Shown: positions 29,893 through 41,112, numbered from the stretch's first letter. The stretch: 64,000 nucleotides of DNA from an uncultured Verrucomicrobiae bacterium (GCA_963813025.1 CAWEXO010000009.1:165149-229148), one strand, 5' to 3'. Notes: generated by a model not told the origin, from the sequence alone. Numbers and translations are program-made.

Positions 29893-31572
29893 ATGCGATT
29901 CTTTTGTGCCCTGGTCGTTGTCTTACATTTTTCCCTTACCAGCCGCGCAGCCGAAGAACCCGGCCAAGCGAAGCCGTTAGAGACTCCCGCCGCAGCCGAA
30001 TCTCCCAAAGCGGTCACCCCGGTCAAACCGCCGGGCGGAGCTCAGCAAACGGAATTTGAACCGCCACCGCCGGTGGTTACGGAACACGTTTTGAGCTTGC
30101 CGGGCGGCAAGACATTGAAATACCGAGCAATCGCCGGTTACCTGCTGACGCGGAGCGAGAGCGAACCACGGGGAGGAAAACCGGGTACATCGCCGGGAGG
30201 CCAACCTCCCCAAACCTCCGAGAAACAAGAGGTCAATCCTGCCAAAGGTAAACCGAATGCCCAGATGTTTTTTGTGGCGTACCTGCTGGACGATGTCGCT
30301 GATCCCGCAACGCGGCCGATCACCTTCGCCTTCAACGGTGGCCCGGGCTCTTCCTCGGTTTGGTTGCACATGGGAGCGCTTGGACCGAAGCGGGCGCTGC
30401 TCTCGGAGGACGGCGAGGCACTGCCGCCACCTGCTCGTGTTATCGATAATGAATCCACGTGGCTGGATCGCACTGACCTCATTTTCGTCGATCCGGTCTC
30501 CACTGGCTTTAGCCGGCCGGCACCCGGGTTGGAGGCTGCCCGGTTCCATGGCTACAAGCAGGACATCGAGGCGATGGGCGATTTTATCCGACTGTGGACC
30601 ACGCGTTACGCGCGCTGGGCTTCGCCAAAGTTTATCGTCGGCGAGAGCTACGGAACGACCCGGGCAGCTGGTCTGAGTCAGTATTTGCAGGAACACGAAG
30701 GCTACTATCTCAATGGGATCGTTCTGCTGGGTTCGGCGCTGAATTTTCAGACGCTCGACTTCACCAATGGCAACGATGATCCCTATCCTTTGTTCCTGCC
30801 CAGTTATGCCGCGGCCGCCTGGTATCATCACCGGCTCGGTCCTGAACTGGCATCCAAGCCTTTGGGCGAGGTGCTGACTGAGGTCGAGCAGTTCGCCTCC
30901 AACGATTACCTGGTCGCCCTGGCTCGAGGCGATGGGCTCTCTCCAAGCGATCGGGAACAGGTGGCCAGGCAGCTGGCGAAATTTACTGGGTTAGACGCTG
31001 GCTATCTGGCGCAGATTGGCTTGCGCGAACCGGATCGTCGTTTCTTGTTCAATCTCCTAAAAGATCAGAACAGATCGATTGGCCGGTATGATTCCCGGTT
31101 TAGCGGTATTCGCACTTCTCCAGGAACGGTCGAACCGGATTTCGATCCGAGCTACGAAGCGGTGCATGGCACTTACACCGCCGCGTTTAATGACTACGTT
31201 CGGCGCGAGTTGCACTTCTCGACCGATCTATCCTACAACGTGCTCGCCGATGTCAAGCCATGGGAGTTGTCCAAAGACCAGTACCTCGATGTGTCCGATA
31301 ATCTGAAAAATGCCATGAGCGCGAATCCCTACCTAAAGGTGCTCATCTGCTGTGGATACTATGATCTGGCTACTCCTTACTTTGCCGCGCGAACCGTCGC
31401 GCATAAAATGATGCTCGACCCGGCGATCCGGAACAATTTGCAATTGGACTACTATGAAAGCGGCCACATGGTCTACATCCAAGGGCCGTCACTCCGAAAG
31501 TTCAGAGATGATTTTGAGCAACTGCTCAACACGGCTTTGAATGCTGAACCGGTCAACAACGCGGGGAGGTAA
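29893..31572 (+). CDS. Peptidase S10 serine carboxypeptidase
   Basis: FNGGPGSSS, GESYG, GYYDLATP, SGHMVY. Confidence 0.92.
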   Translation: MRFFCALVVVLHFSLTSRAAEEPGQAKPLETPAAAESPKAVTPVKPPGGAQQTEFEPPPPVVTEHVLSLPGGKTLKYRAIAGYLLTRSESEPRGGKPGTSPGGQPPQTSEKQEVNPAKGKPNAQMFFVAYLLDDVADPATRPITFAFNGGPGSSSVWLHMGALGPKRALLSEDGEALPPPARVIDNESTWLDRTDLIFVDPVSTGFSRPAPGLEAARFHGYKQDIEAMGDFIRLWTTRYARWASPKFIVGESYGTTRAAGLSQYLQEHEGYYLNGIVLLGSALNFQTLDFTNGNDDPYPLFLPSYAAAAWYHHRLGPELASKPLGEVLTEVEQFASNDYLVALARGDGLSPSDREQVARQLAKFTGLDAGYLAQIGLREPDRRFLFNLLKDQNRSIGRYDSRFSGIRTSPGTVEPDFDPSYEAVHGTYTAAFNDYVRRELHFSTDLSYNVLADVKPWELSKDQYLDVSDNLKNAMSANPYLKVLICCGYYDLATPYFAARTVAHKMMLDPAIRNNLQLDYYESGHMVYIQGPSLRKFRDDFEQLLNTALNAEPVNNAGR

Positions 31573-31585
31573 AACGCCGAGCGGT

Positions 31586-31830
31586 GCCTGGCACAGGCTT
31601 CCGACCTGTCGTCTCCTGACGGGCAGGATGGGTCTGTCGGACTTTGACGAGTTGAATCGCTCCTTCAGAGCTGCGCGGTATTTCATGTGTGTTCCTGGGG
31701 CTGCACCCCAGGCTGGCTTGCTCTGGCGCTTTCAGCGCAAAGAGCGCCGAAGGCGCGGTTCAAGAGAGCCCAGCGCGTAGCCCGAGGAACACGGATTTGA
31801 AAGCGGCGAGCTCTGAAAGAGCGCGACAAC
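31586..31830. repeat. Cluster of REP-like palindromes
   Basis: GGCACAGGCTTCCGACCTGT (family B core, reversed); CGCTCCTTCAGAGCT..AGCTCTGAAAGAGCG; GCGCTTTCAGCGC. Confidence 0.55.
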
Positions 31831-32129
31831 AGCAGGCGGCAATCACCCCAAAGGCCAAAGTCCTTCGACGCCCAATTTCCTTCGGCCAATGCCTTCGCTT
31901 TCCTCGAAAAGGTCCAGGATTATCGGTGGGACCTACGCGAGGTGGCAGTTGTCTCGCCGTTCGCCTTCGGCAATGTACGTCACAAAAATCAAGGAAGCGA
32001 TGACTCATGAAGACCCATAAACGATCGTGGAACGACTCTATCATGAAATGTAGAGGTCGCGTGTCCAAGCGTGACTCTGCCTGCATCGTTCGTCTGGCGT
32101 AGGCCGGACGAGCGACGCAGGCCTTGCAT

Positions 32130-33554
32130 ATGAAAAACGGCCAATCACGCGGAGAACTGCGCAAAATCGTCGACATCGCAGTCCCGGTAGGTCTGGAAGC
32201 CGTCTGTCAGATGGCATTCAACCTGATTGACCAGGTGATCGTTGGCTTCCTTGGCTCAACGGCGGTAGCTGCTGTGGGCTTGTCGAACAGTGTCGGGGCA
32301 ATTGCTATTCTGCTCTATGCCGCCATTGGCACCGGAAGCGGCGTCCTGATTGCGCAGGCTTATGGTCGCAAGGATTTTTCGGAAATTTCCCGGATCGCTT
32401 CGATCGGTTTGTTACTGGCCGGCGCTTTCGGCATTTTGACTGCTTTGCCCCTGATTCTATTCTCCCGACCGATTCTGATCGTAATCGGCGCACACGCTGA
32501 CCTGGCCGACTTGGCCGACGGGTACTTCAAACTGTTTTCCGCCTCTCTGCCGCTAATGATCTTCAGTTCGATTTTGACCGGTGGATTCCGATCTTTGAAC
32601 GATTCCAAAACACCGATGCTGGTCACGATTGGCGCAGTCGTGTTGAACACAATCCTGGGATTCCTTCTAGTCTTGGGAGCGGGACCAATTCCTCGGCTCG
32701 GCACCGCTGGAGCCGGGTTGGCAACCCTGATCTCGCAAACCGTTCGAACGGTTCTTATCGTCTGGCTCTTCTACCGCACAAAGGAGGAAATCAAGTGGAT
32801 TTGGCCTTCTCTCAGGAAAGCCACTCTTGCCACGGCCGGACGTCTAATGAAGCTTACCTCTCCCATCGCTCTGGCGGAGGTCCTTTGGGGCACAAGCGGT
32901 TTCATCTACGCGATCGTTTTCACTCGGATCGGAACGACGGCTCTGGCCGCCAGCCAGATCGCGATGACAATTGAAAATGTCTTTCTCGTAGCTTCTTCCG
33001 GGCTTGGTCCGGCAGCCGTTGCCGCCGTCGGACAGCGTCTCGGCACTCGTTCAGTAGGAGAAGCCAAGGCAAATGCCAATCTTGTTTTGCGTTTTGGTCT
33101 CTTGGCTTCCGTGATACTTGCCGGGTTATTTGCCACAGTTACTTTTATTTTGCCGCTACTCTATCCGAAAGTGGGCGACGAAGTGCTCCACTTGGTCGCC
33201 TGGGGAATCATCATCTTTGCTTGTGTTCAGCCCGCCAAGGTACTGAACAGCGCCCTCGGGAACGGCGTTTTAGCCAGCGGCGGGGATACGCGCTTTATCC
33301 TCCTGGCCGATTTAATCGGCACCTATGCGATAGGCTTGCCCGCCGCCATTTTCCTCGGTCTGTTCACTCCTCTCGGGGTTTATGGAGTTTTCCTCGCCAG
33401 GGTCGGCGAAGAAATCGTCAAATTCGTCTTCTTCTATCTCCGGTTCAGAACACCGCATTGGTACCAGAAATCGCTGAAAGAACTTACGCCTTCCAAGGAG
33501 GAGAGTGTGCCGGATGCAACAGTCCGCGGGGGGCCAATGACCGATGATCGATGA
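32130..33554 (+). CDS. MATE family efflux transporter
   Basis: NLIDQVIVGFLG..AVAAVG, GAGLATLISQ, GGDTRF; about 12 TM segments. Confidence 0.92.
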   Translation: MKNGQSRGELRKIVDIAVPVGLEAVCQMAFNLIDQVIVGFLGSTAVAAVGLSNSVGAIAILLYAAIGTGSGVLIAQAYGRKDFSEISRIASIGLLLAGAFGILTALPLILFSRPILIVIGAHADLADLADGYFKLFSASLPLMIFSSILTGGFRSLNDSKTPMLVTIGAVVLNTILGFLLVLGAGPIPRLGTAGAGLATLISQTVRTVLIVWLFYRTKEEIKWIWPSLRKATLATAGRLMKLTSPIALAEVLWGTSGFIYAIVFTRIGTTALAASQIAMTIENVFLVASSGLGPAAVAAVGQRLGTRSVGEAKANANLVLRFGLLASVILAGLFATVTFILPLLYPKVGDEVLHLVAWGIIIFACVQPAKVLNSALGNGVLASGGDTRFILLADLIGTYAIGLPAAIFLGLFTPLGVYGVFLARVGEEIVKFVFFYLRFRTPHWYQKSLKELTPSKEESVPDATVRGGPMTDDR

Positions 33555-34380
33555 CCAATGACCAATCGGCTACTCGCCAATGCCGATTTACGGGGCATCA
33601 GCCAGGAGTGGGGGAGTCCGAAAGGGGCGTACAGGAGTTCGTTCGGCTCTCCGCACGGAGCCGGCAAGAGCTGATTTATCCAGACACTGAGCCGCGCAAC
33701 CTTAACCGGAGCGGCCAATCAGTTGGCAAGCTGAGCCATTGTTTATCACCACCAGCCGGCGGGCTGGTCGCTGGGACTGAAAACCACCGCCCAAGCAGAG
33801 CTCATTGAAGTCTGCCACCTCCAAACTCACTCGTCGGCCGCAGGAGGCGAGCACTCCGCTCAAGTCTGTTCAAGGCGAATCCGGCATAAACGGCCTCCTC
33901 CCCGGCGCTGCGCGCCGGGTCCCCTCCATTTATTCCGTTTCGTCCTTGAGCAGACTTCGCTGCGCGCCAAAGGCAGTCACTGTATTTTGCGTTCGGCAGC
34001 CTGTTCGCTCGTTCCTCGCTCCAGACTGTCAAACGCAGAAACAGAGCCGGCCAGATTTGCCAAGCGGTGCCAACTTTCACATTGAACAATCAAACTTATC
34101 TTAACGACATAGTGTTACCGATGTCCTGACCGCACCCCGCGCCCGTTCAGCGCGCATTGGTCATCGGTCATCGACGTTGGCCGTCTCCTCGTTGCGTATT
34201 GCTCACCTCGACTTAAAAAGTCCATCGTTTTTGCGCAAGCTTGTCCACGCTTCCCCAGAAATCGGCCAGGCTCCGCCGGCTCAAGCGCTCAGGCCGCTCG
34301 AGCCGCTTTTGAGTCACTGGCCCTGGCACTTTTGTTGGCAAGCGGATTGCTTCTATCCGACGAAACAGGCAGTCCGACAT

Positions 34381-34920
34381 ATGATGCCCTATCTTCTCGC
34401 AGTGACCGATGCGTTCACCAAACACACCAAAACGTCATTTCTTCTCCAAGCACTCGCAGGATTGCTCGAAGAACGAGGTCTCCGGTTGCACTCGGCGTTG
34501 ACCGTCGAGCCAAATCACGGCGACAGCAGTCGGTCAGATAACTCCGCGGCGGCCAGCCAGGACTTCGCGGAACTGGCCTGCGAGAGTCACGGCCTGGTGC
34601 TGGTGACCGTCGCCGCGAAAAGCCCTTGCGGCTGTCCATTGAAAACCCTGCTTGAGCAACAGCCCGATCATTCCTGGAGAGATAAACCGGTTCTCTTAAT
34701 TGTGATTGGCGGTTTGCCGAGTCAAACTGTCGAGCTCGAAAAGCTTCTACGCCCAGCTGTGCGTCGGCTGGAAGCTGGCAAGATGATCTCTTCGGTCCAT
34801 CTTCCCGCAGGCAATTGGATCCAGGTTTCGGACGATCGCCCGCGTTTCGCGCGCGGCTCGGAAAAAGCCGTTAACAATTCCCTGGACTTACTGCTCGGCT
34901 TTTCGCAGGCGTCCGATTGA
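34381..34920 (+). CDS. Degenerate NADPH-dependent FMN reductase (SsuE-like)
   Basis: Flavodoxin-like pattern LKTLLE..WRDKPVLLIVIGG..LLRP; cofactor motifs are divergent. Confidence 0.5.
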   Translation: MMPYLLAVTDAFTKHTKTSFLLQALAGLLEERGLRLHSALTVEPNHGDSSRSDNSAAASQDFAELACESHGLVLVTVAAKSPCGCPLKTLLEQQPDHSWRDKPVLLIVIGGLPSQTVELEKLLRPAVRRLEAGKMISSVHLPAGNWIQVSDDRPRFARGSEKAVNNSLDLLLGFSQASD

Positions 34921-35081
34921 AATGCAATAAAACGAAACAGACGAGGCTTCTTGAAACCCTTCTTTCAAAAGCAGCAGAACTCTGCGGCGTAAGCCGGAGA
35001 GTTCTGCTGCCGTAGCCTCCTGCATCGCCCCCCTCCGGCCATCGTCTATCGGTCATCGGCCATTGGTCATCCGTCAGTCAT

Positions 35082-35849
35082 CTACTCCCGAAGCCAGGCG
35101 CCGCACTCCCGAAAGACGGTTCTCAGGGATAGGGCAGGATCAGTCTTGGGAAGAAATTCGTGCGCCAGATAGCCGGTGTAGCCAGTATCGCGGATCGCGG
35201 CGATGACCGCTGGGTAATTGATTTCCTGCTCGCGATCGAGATCATGCCGTCCCGGATTTCCGGCAGTGTGATAGTGGCCGATGAACTCGTGATTCGTTTG
35301 AATGGTTCGAATGAGGTCGCCCTCCATGATCTGCATGTGATAGATATCGTAGAGCAGTTTCACCCGCGCGGAGGAGACCTGCCGGCAGACTTCCACCCCG
35401 AAAGCGGTGTGATCCGCTTGGTACCCGGGATGATCGACTTTGCTGTTGAGAAGTTCGAGGACCAAGGTCACACCTGTTTCCTCTGCCGTGGAAGCAACCC
35501 GCTTCAAGCCCTCGGCGGTAATGGCTGCTCCAGCGTTGTCGTCCAGGCCGTCGCGATTTCCGGTGAAGCAGATCAGGTTTGGTATGCCCGCTTGCTGGGC
35601 CAACTGGAGCATCTCCTGCAATTCCTTTTCGATTCGGTCGTGCTGGTCGCGCCGGTTGAATCCGGCGGTGATCGATCCATGTCCGTTGGCCGACGAGATC
35701 GTGAGTCCGCGCGATTGGACCAGCTTCCAATATTCGGGCGGCACAAGTTCAACGGCCGTGAATCCAGCCTGCACCACGGATTCCAGAAAATCTTCCGGAG
35801 TCAAAAGGCTCGGGACAAAGCACCACCAGGAGACCGACTGAGTGATCAT
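35082..35849 (-). CDS. Hydroxypyruvate isomerase-like TIM barrel
   Basis: [37 protein letters not shown]. Confidence 0.9.
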   Translation of the reverse strand: MITQSVSWWCFVPSLLTPEDFLESVVQAGFTAVELVPPEYWKLVQSRGLTISSANGHGSITAGFNRRDQHDRIEKELQEMLQLAQQAGIPNLICFTGNRDGLDDNAGAAITAEGLKRVASTAEETGVTLVLELLNSKVDHPGYQADHTAFGVEVCRQVSSARVKLLYDIYHMQIMEGDLIRTIQTNHEFIGHYHTAGNPGRHDLDREQEINYPAVIAAIRDTGYTGYLAHEFLPKTDPALSLRTVFRECGAWLRE

Positions 35850-35895
35850 CGCGCAAAGGTGATAACGTGGGAAAAGCGAGAATAGCAAGTCTTGA

Positions 35896-36399
35896 TCAAA
35901 ACCAACCGCCGCTCCGCCGCTTCTCTTCGGACGGCAGCGCGCCATAGACTTTGATCGCGGTAAAAACTAATCGGTAATTGATTGGACCGTGGTCGCCCTG
36001 AGCGGAAATAGAACGCGAAACTTGCCCGCCAAGCTGGAGAGAAAAACCAAACCGGTTATCCTCGATCGTTGAGCCTTCCCCGAATGGTTTACCCGGTCGA
36101 GGCGCCGCCAGACCGAGGGCCTGGTAGTTCGCTACCGCACACAATCCACTCGGAAGCAAGACACCGATGAAACGTACAACTACCTGCTGGCCTTCGGCTC
36201 CCGGGAGAACGGCTTGATACGCGTGCGACCGGTGTCCCAGAGGAAACAGTTGCCGGCTGACTTCATTGGCGGGTGCTTCTCCGGTTGAGTCGGCCGACGC
36301 CGCCGAGATGCGGTTGACCGTCATTAGCAAAAACGCTTCCTGGGCGTTCGCTGCGCCGCCAAAAAGCGCGAGCGCCAAGCCAAAGAGAAAGTACCTCAC
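35896..36399 (-). CDS. Hypothetical exported protein
   Basis: GTG start, signal peptide ending ANA-Q; co-oriented with the isomerase. Confidence 0.55.
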   Translation of the reverse strand: MRYFLFGLALALFGGAANAQEAFLLMTVNRISAASADSTGEAPANEVSRQLFPLGHRSHAYQAVLPGAEGQQVVVRFIGVLLPSGLCAVANYQALGLAAPRPGKPFGEGSTIEDNRFGFSLQLGGQVSRSISAQGDHGPINYRLVFTAIKVYGALPSEEKRRSGGWF

Positions 36400-36482
36400 G
36401 CCCGGTAGTGTCAACAGTTCGCGGCCAAGATTCAACACTCAAAAAGTCTAGCATTGGTCGAACCTGAGGGCTTCTGGTCAAC

Positions 36483-37547
36483 CTAGTGCGGCGTAGCGTT
36501 TAAACCTGATACGGGATTGATACGACGCTCTGCTGATCGGTAGGTCCACTTAAAGGGTTTGGCCTTCATGTTATAGCGTCGGATATAGGTCATGAGTTTT
36601 TTAGCCAAGTCTTTGACCGAACGGAAGATTCCGCGGGCGATGACGTCGCGTTGGATCTTGGAAAACCAGATCTCGACTTGGTTAAGCCATGAAGAATAGG
36701 TCGGTGTAAAATGGATCCGCACGTGGCGATGACGATCGATAAACTGCCAGACTCTGGAGGTGCGATGTGCCGAGAGATTATCTGCGATAATGTGGATCTG
36801 CTGGCCCTCGGGAAAGCTGGCGACGATCTGTTCAAGAAAAGCAACAAACTCGGCACTGGTGTGACGAGGCACAGTTTGGCCCAGCACCTGGCCGGTTTTG
36901 GTGTTGAGCGCTGCGTAGAGCGAAAGCGTGCCGTGACGGTAGTACTCAAAACCGTGCCGCTCGGCTCTTCCGGGCGAGAGCGGCAACACTGGATCGAGCC
37001 GGTCCAGCGCTTGGATGGCGCTCTTTTCGTCGACGCAGAAAACTGCGGCATTGACCGGAGGCTTCAGATACAAACCAATGATATCAGCAGCCTTGGTTTC
37101 AAAATCCGGGTCGTCGCTGGCCATGTAGCGGCGCAGGCGGTGCGGCTGCAGTCCGGCTTTGGCCAGAACACGGGCGACTCGGGTATGGTTGGTGCCAAGT
37201 TCGGCCGCCAACTTCCGAGTACTCCAGTGCGTCGAGCCATCCGTGGGTTTATGTCGGGCCGCGGCCAAAATCTGAGCTTCGAGCTTGGCGCTCTGTTGGC
37301 TGGCTACCTTGCCACGATGACGACTGAAAAGACCTGCCAAACGTTCCTCCATAAAGCGCTTCAGCCAAAGTCGCACGGTGTTGATGCTGCATCCCAGTTG
37401 CCGACTTACCGCCCATTGCGATCTGCCGCTAGCAATCAAGAGGACAATCTTGGCTCGCTGCACCTCCTCTGCTCGCCCGCTACGGGATCGGACCCGCTGC
37501 CTAAGTCGTCGACGTTCTGGCGGAGAAAGAACCAATCGTTTTAACAC
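36483..37547 (-). CDS. IS630 DDE transposase
   Basis: FCVDEKS, IIADNLSAH, WLNQVEIWF. Confidence 0.93.
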   Translation of the reverse strand: MLKRLVLSPPERRRLRQRVRSRSGRAEEVQRAKIVLLIASGRSQWAVSRQLGCSINTVRLWLKRFMEERLAGLFSRHRGKVASQQSAKLEAQILAAARHKPTDGSTHWSTRKLAAELGTNHTRVARVLAKAGLQPHRLRRYMASDDPDFETKAADIIGLYLKPPVNAAVFCVDEKSAIQALDRLDPVLPLSPGRAERHGFEYYRHGTLSLYAALNTKTGQVLGQTVPRHTSAEFVAFLEQIVASFPEGQQIHIIADNLSAHRTSRVWQFIDRHRHVRIHFTPTYSSWLNQVEIWFSKIQRDVIARGIFRSVKDLAKKLMTYIRRYNMKAKPFKWTYRSAERRINPVSGLNATPH

Positions 37548-37599
37548 TCCTTTTTGCTAGCAGATCATCATATCAGAAGTCAATGCTACAATGCACTAG
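36483..37599 (-). mobile_element. IS630-family element, apparently intact
   Basis: Imperfect TIRs CTAGTGC..GTAGC.TT.A..CTGAT at both ends, TA/CTAG target. Confidence 0.92.
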
Positions 37600-38151
37600 G
37601 TGTGAGCATAGCTGCCAAAAGCTCCGATGACCAGGTTATTCAGAATCCGAAACAAAACCGGCGGGACCCGGCACGGAGCGCGTCAAATCGAGCGGCAATA
37701 TTGAAACACTGGGTATTGGCGCCGGTAATTCCCACCTCGAACAGACAGCTGTATTGCTCCAGGTTAGGATCAAATAAACTGATAAATAGTGGACACTGCT
37801 GGCCGTCAGCTATCGTGAAGGCGGGCTGGGTCCGTTGTGCTAACCACGTTGATCAATTGGGCCGCACTAGAGACTGGGCGCAAATACGCGATGGTTATAT
37901 TGTTCGGAGTGTAGATCTGGGCCCGCGAAAGGTAACAGCTGTGCGCAGGCTGCCCGCAACTCCATGCATTCTCCTACCATCAAACAAACGACGGCTAACA
38001 AACTTACCGGGTAGCCGGCCTCCGAGTGCCAAAAGCTTCATTTTTGAGCACATAAGAGGAGAAAACAATTCAACAAAGGTTAGTCAGAAGGCGAAAACGG
38101 CTGTCGAGAAAAATAACGTGGCGCGTTAATTGTTACCATTGGTTCGAAGAT

Positions 38152-38485
38152 TTTGAACAGAAGATCCCAAGATCACAGCATGGCATAATCGCAACCAAAG
38201 CATCCGCAGACTCCACTGACAGGCTGGAAGCCTGTGCCACTTTCCCGCCGTGACACCGGCATCTTGGTCTGTCGGGCTTTGGTAATTTGTAACGCGCCAT
38301 CAAGCGATTGGCGGTAGGGATGAGCTCCCGACTACGGACAAGCCTTCGTCGCGACCCGGACATGGAATAGCACAAAAACCTGAACGGAGGGCGCGCCGTA
38401 GACTTGCGGAGGTGGCCGGCTCGGTAGGGATGAGCTCCTGCTCGTCCGGATCGAGATGTGATCCAACGCGGATCGCCCTACCGCT
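38152..38485. repeat. Family B repeat followed by GTAGGGATGAGCTCC REP doublet
   Basis: TTTGAACAGAAG..GCAGACTCCACTGACAGGCTGGAAGCCTGTGCCAC..GTGACACCGGCATCTT; related copies at 40774, 50881, degenerate tail before 13633. Confidence 0.8.
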
Positions 38486-38605
38486 ACAGGGCCAAAGACG
38501 CGTTGGGACAAGTCTCTAACCTCCCTTTCGAACGATACCTCGATTGCGCGCGCTACAGATTACCCACAGTCCGAACAGTTCCCGGAAGCCCGTACCACTT
38601 TTCCT

Positions 38606-39550
38606 TCAGGAGAAGGCTTGTTCCAAAGCGGGGCGCGCGGCTTCGAAGGAAGCTAGATCGCCGATCGAGATTGTCGGCGCCCCTTTGCGGATTCGCTGCA
38701 CCAGACCGGCGAGAACTTGGCCCGGACCAAGTTCAATCAGAATATCGCAGCGTTCGTGATCCAGCAAATACTCGACGCTTTCCTTCCATCTGACCGAACC
38801 GCTTACCTGCTTGATAAGGGTGGTCCTGATTTCCGCCGGTTCGCGCGCGGGCCGCGCGGTCAAGTTGGCTACTACCGTCACTTTTGGGGACTTTATTTCG
38901 ACGTTTTCAATCTCCTTACACAACCGTTCTTCCGCCGGAGCCATTAGGCGCGAGTGAAACGCGCCGGCCACGGTTAAGGGAAGAGCGCGCCTTACCCCGA
39001 AGTTTGTGGCCAGATTAATCGCGTTTGCAATTGCCGCGCTTGGCCCGGATAAGACGATCTGGCTCGGAGCATTGATGTTGGCTATGTCGACGCCCGCTTC
39101 ATTCGCCAGCGCCTGCACCGCTGCTTCCGCTCCGCCAATACACGCTGCCATGGCGCCGCAAGTGGCGGCGCATGCATCGTCCATGTAAGCCGCCCGTTTC
39201 GCGACCAGTGACAATCCTGTTCGAAAATCAAACGTCCCGGCAGCACAATGCGCGGTGAATTCTCCGAGTGACAGACCGGCAGCCGCGGCAAAACGAAATC
39301 GCGGAAGCTCTTCCCGCAGCACGGCTAACATGGCCAGGCCGTGGACAAAAAGGGCTGGCTGACAATTCACGGTGCGGGTGAGCTCCTCAACCGGTCCTTC
39401 AAAACTGACGTGGCTGAGGGATCTGCCTAATTGGCGATCCGCTTCAGCATAAACGTTGGCCGCTGCGGCAAAGCGCTGAGCGACGTCTTTGCCCATACCA
39501 ACCTGCTGGGCGCCTTGACCGGAAAAAAGAAGAGCGATGTTTTTTGCCAT
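38606..39550 (-). CDS. fabD: Malonyl CoA-ACP transacylase
   Basis: FSGQGAQ, GLSLGE, VAGAFHS, ELGPG. Confidence 0.95.
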   Translation of the reverse strand: MAKNIALLFSGQGAQQVGMGKDVAQRFAAAANVYAEADRQLGRSLSHVSFEGPVEELTRTVNCQPALFVHGLAMLAVLREELPRFRFAAAAGLSLGEFTAHCAAGTFDFRTGLSLVAKRAAYMDDACAATCGAMAACIGGAEAAVQALANEAGVDIANINAPSQIVLSGPSAAIANAINLATNFGVRRALPLTVAGAFHSRLMAPAEERLCKEIENVEIKSPKVTVVANLTARPAREPAEIRTTLIKQVSGSVRWKESVEYLLDHERCDILIELGPGQVLAGLVQRIRKGAPTISIGDLASFEAARPALEQAFS

Positions 39551-39658
39551 AGAAAACGATTATTCAAGATTCGACGTTCAGGTCGTCTTTTCCACAACAT
39601 CTCCTTGATCTGTGGCGCGGTTTCGCTGGGTCCGACGTTCAAAGGCAAACTCCAGAGG

Positions 39659-40297
39659 TTATTCCCGCGGCGCGTTTAGTGCGCCAGCCGACTGCTTTTT
39701 TCGTTGATAGTAACGGTGGGCCTTGGCCCGACTCCCGCAATCACTCATGTCGCACCAGCGACGGCTATGATTCTTCGTCAGGTCCAGGAAAAGCCAGCCG
39801 CAAGTTGCGTTGGCGCATTGACGAACGAGACGTCGCCGGTCCTCGGAATTCATTAGTTCGGCCGCCGACCAGGCGATTGGGCCGAGCAAACGAGCATCGT
39901 CGAGCGTAGAACATTCCCTGGTACATTGCAGCGTTGTTCCAGAGGTCTGAATTCGCAAGGTGATCGGTGCCCGGACGAGGATCTCGTTGAGTATTTCCAG
40001 ATCGGCCGGGGAAGGTTTCTCCTCTTGGGAGATCGCTCGGAAGATCCGATAGAGCGCCTCCCGAAACTGCACAGCGGTATTCAACAATCGTCCGGTGATC
40101 AGCGGCTGGTCGGAGGAACGCCGGAGCAGTTCCCGGGCGACGCGCGAGTCGATCAAGCCGGCTTCACGACACCAGTCGACCAAGTCGGACCAGGTCTTCA
40201 GTTTTTCTGAAACCCTGAGTCCGGCATGACTGCCGACGGTGTTGGCGAAATCAAGGCAGAGAGCACCGCCAATCCAGCCAAACCGAGATTTCGTCAT
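39659..40297 (-). CDS. ABATE/CGNR zinc-finger regulator
   Basis: LCLDFANT; CANATCGWLFLDLTKNHSRRWCDMSDCGSR. Confidence 0.9.
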   Translation of the reverse strand: MTKSRFGWIGGALCLDFANTVGSHAGLRVSEKLKTWSDLVDWCREAGLIDSRVARELLRRSSDQPLITGRLLNTAVQFREALYRIFRAISQEEKPSPADLEILNEILVRAPITLRIQTSGTTLQCTRECSTLDDARLLGPIAWSAAELMNSEDRRRLVRQCANATCGWLFLDLTKNHSRRWCDMSDCGSRAKAHRYYQRKKQSAGALNAPRE

Positions 40298-40379
40298 ACC
40301 GTCAAAATAACAGTTGAATGGTATGACGCAATCGGTATGATTTATCACCATCTAAAGAGCTATTAGATGGATTAAGAAA

Positions 40380-40652
40380 ATGAATAGACAATTGCTTGCC
40401 TTAGCTCAGCCGAACTCCTTTGGGACAAACTTATTTGGACATTCCGGCCAATTGGCCCGTCCGGCGCCGAATCGCTGGGCTCTCTGGAAGGTCAGAAGTC
40501 CGTTTCGAGCGAGCGGCGAATCGGGGAAATTCCTTCGAAACGACGTCTCGATCGAGCGGGCTTTCGGGTGGGAGATCTGGGGCGCCGCGCTTTATGCGGC
40601 GGCCGGAGTAAGCGGGATCCTGGCAGCCTGTTTCTCGGTGATTGCTCCTTGA
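40380..40652 (+). CDS. Small hypothetical protein with C-terminal TM helix
   Basis: ATG ORF divergent from the CGNR regulator; hydrophobic C-terminus. Confidence 0.45.
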   Translation: MNRQLLALAQPNSFGTNLFGHSGQLARPAPNRWALWKVRSPFRASGESGKFLRNDVSIERAFGWEIWGAALYAAAGVSGILAACFSVIAP

Positions 40653-40773
40653 GTTATTACCTGTAAAAACCATTTAGGAAGTCACATACAAATCTCGATG
40701 AGTATTGCCAACTTCGCGATCCTTTGTTCAGTTTTCTTCCGTGTTCTGGTTTCCGGTCAATAACATCGGAGAG

Positions 40774-41112
40774 TTTGAACAGAAGATCACAACGCGGCGT
40801 AGCCGCAACAAAGCAGTCCGCGCAGACTCCAGTGACAGGCTAAAAAGCCTGTGCCACTTTTCCATCGTGACACCGGCATCTTCGGTCTGTCGAACTCTGT
40901 AAATCTGTAGGACGCCATCAAGCGTTTGGTCGCGCGAGCGCTAGAGATCGTCTCAGAATGCCGCACTGTCCTGTGGCGGTAGGGCGAGAATTTATTTGAG
41001 CCGGACGCTTGGGTGAGCCACCCGCTCCAAATGGCTCCGCCTTCACCAAGCTATGGTGGACAGGGTCAAACAAGTTCTCGCCTGGCGCTCGTCCGCCAAG
41101 GCGGATTGCCCG
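40774..41112. repeat. Family B plus family A composite repeat (empty IS110 target)
   Basis: CATCAAGCG.TTGGTCGC.CGAGCG-CT-AGAGATCGTCTCAGAATGCCGCACTGTCCTG uninterrupted, CT at 40941-40942. Confidence 0.85.

Noticed and set aside
33551..34176. Short ORFs between the MATE and FMN reductase genes
   Set aside because: Overlapping ORFs on both strands with no motifs or clear RBS
37554..38129. 191-aa plus-strand ORF
   Set aside because: It starts inside the IS630 end and has no family motifs; the region may be a decayed minus-strand gene I cannot identify
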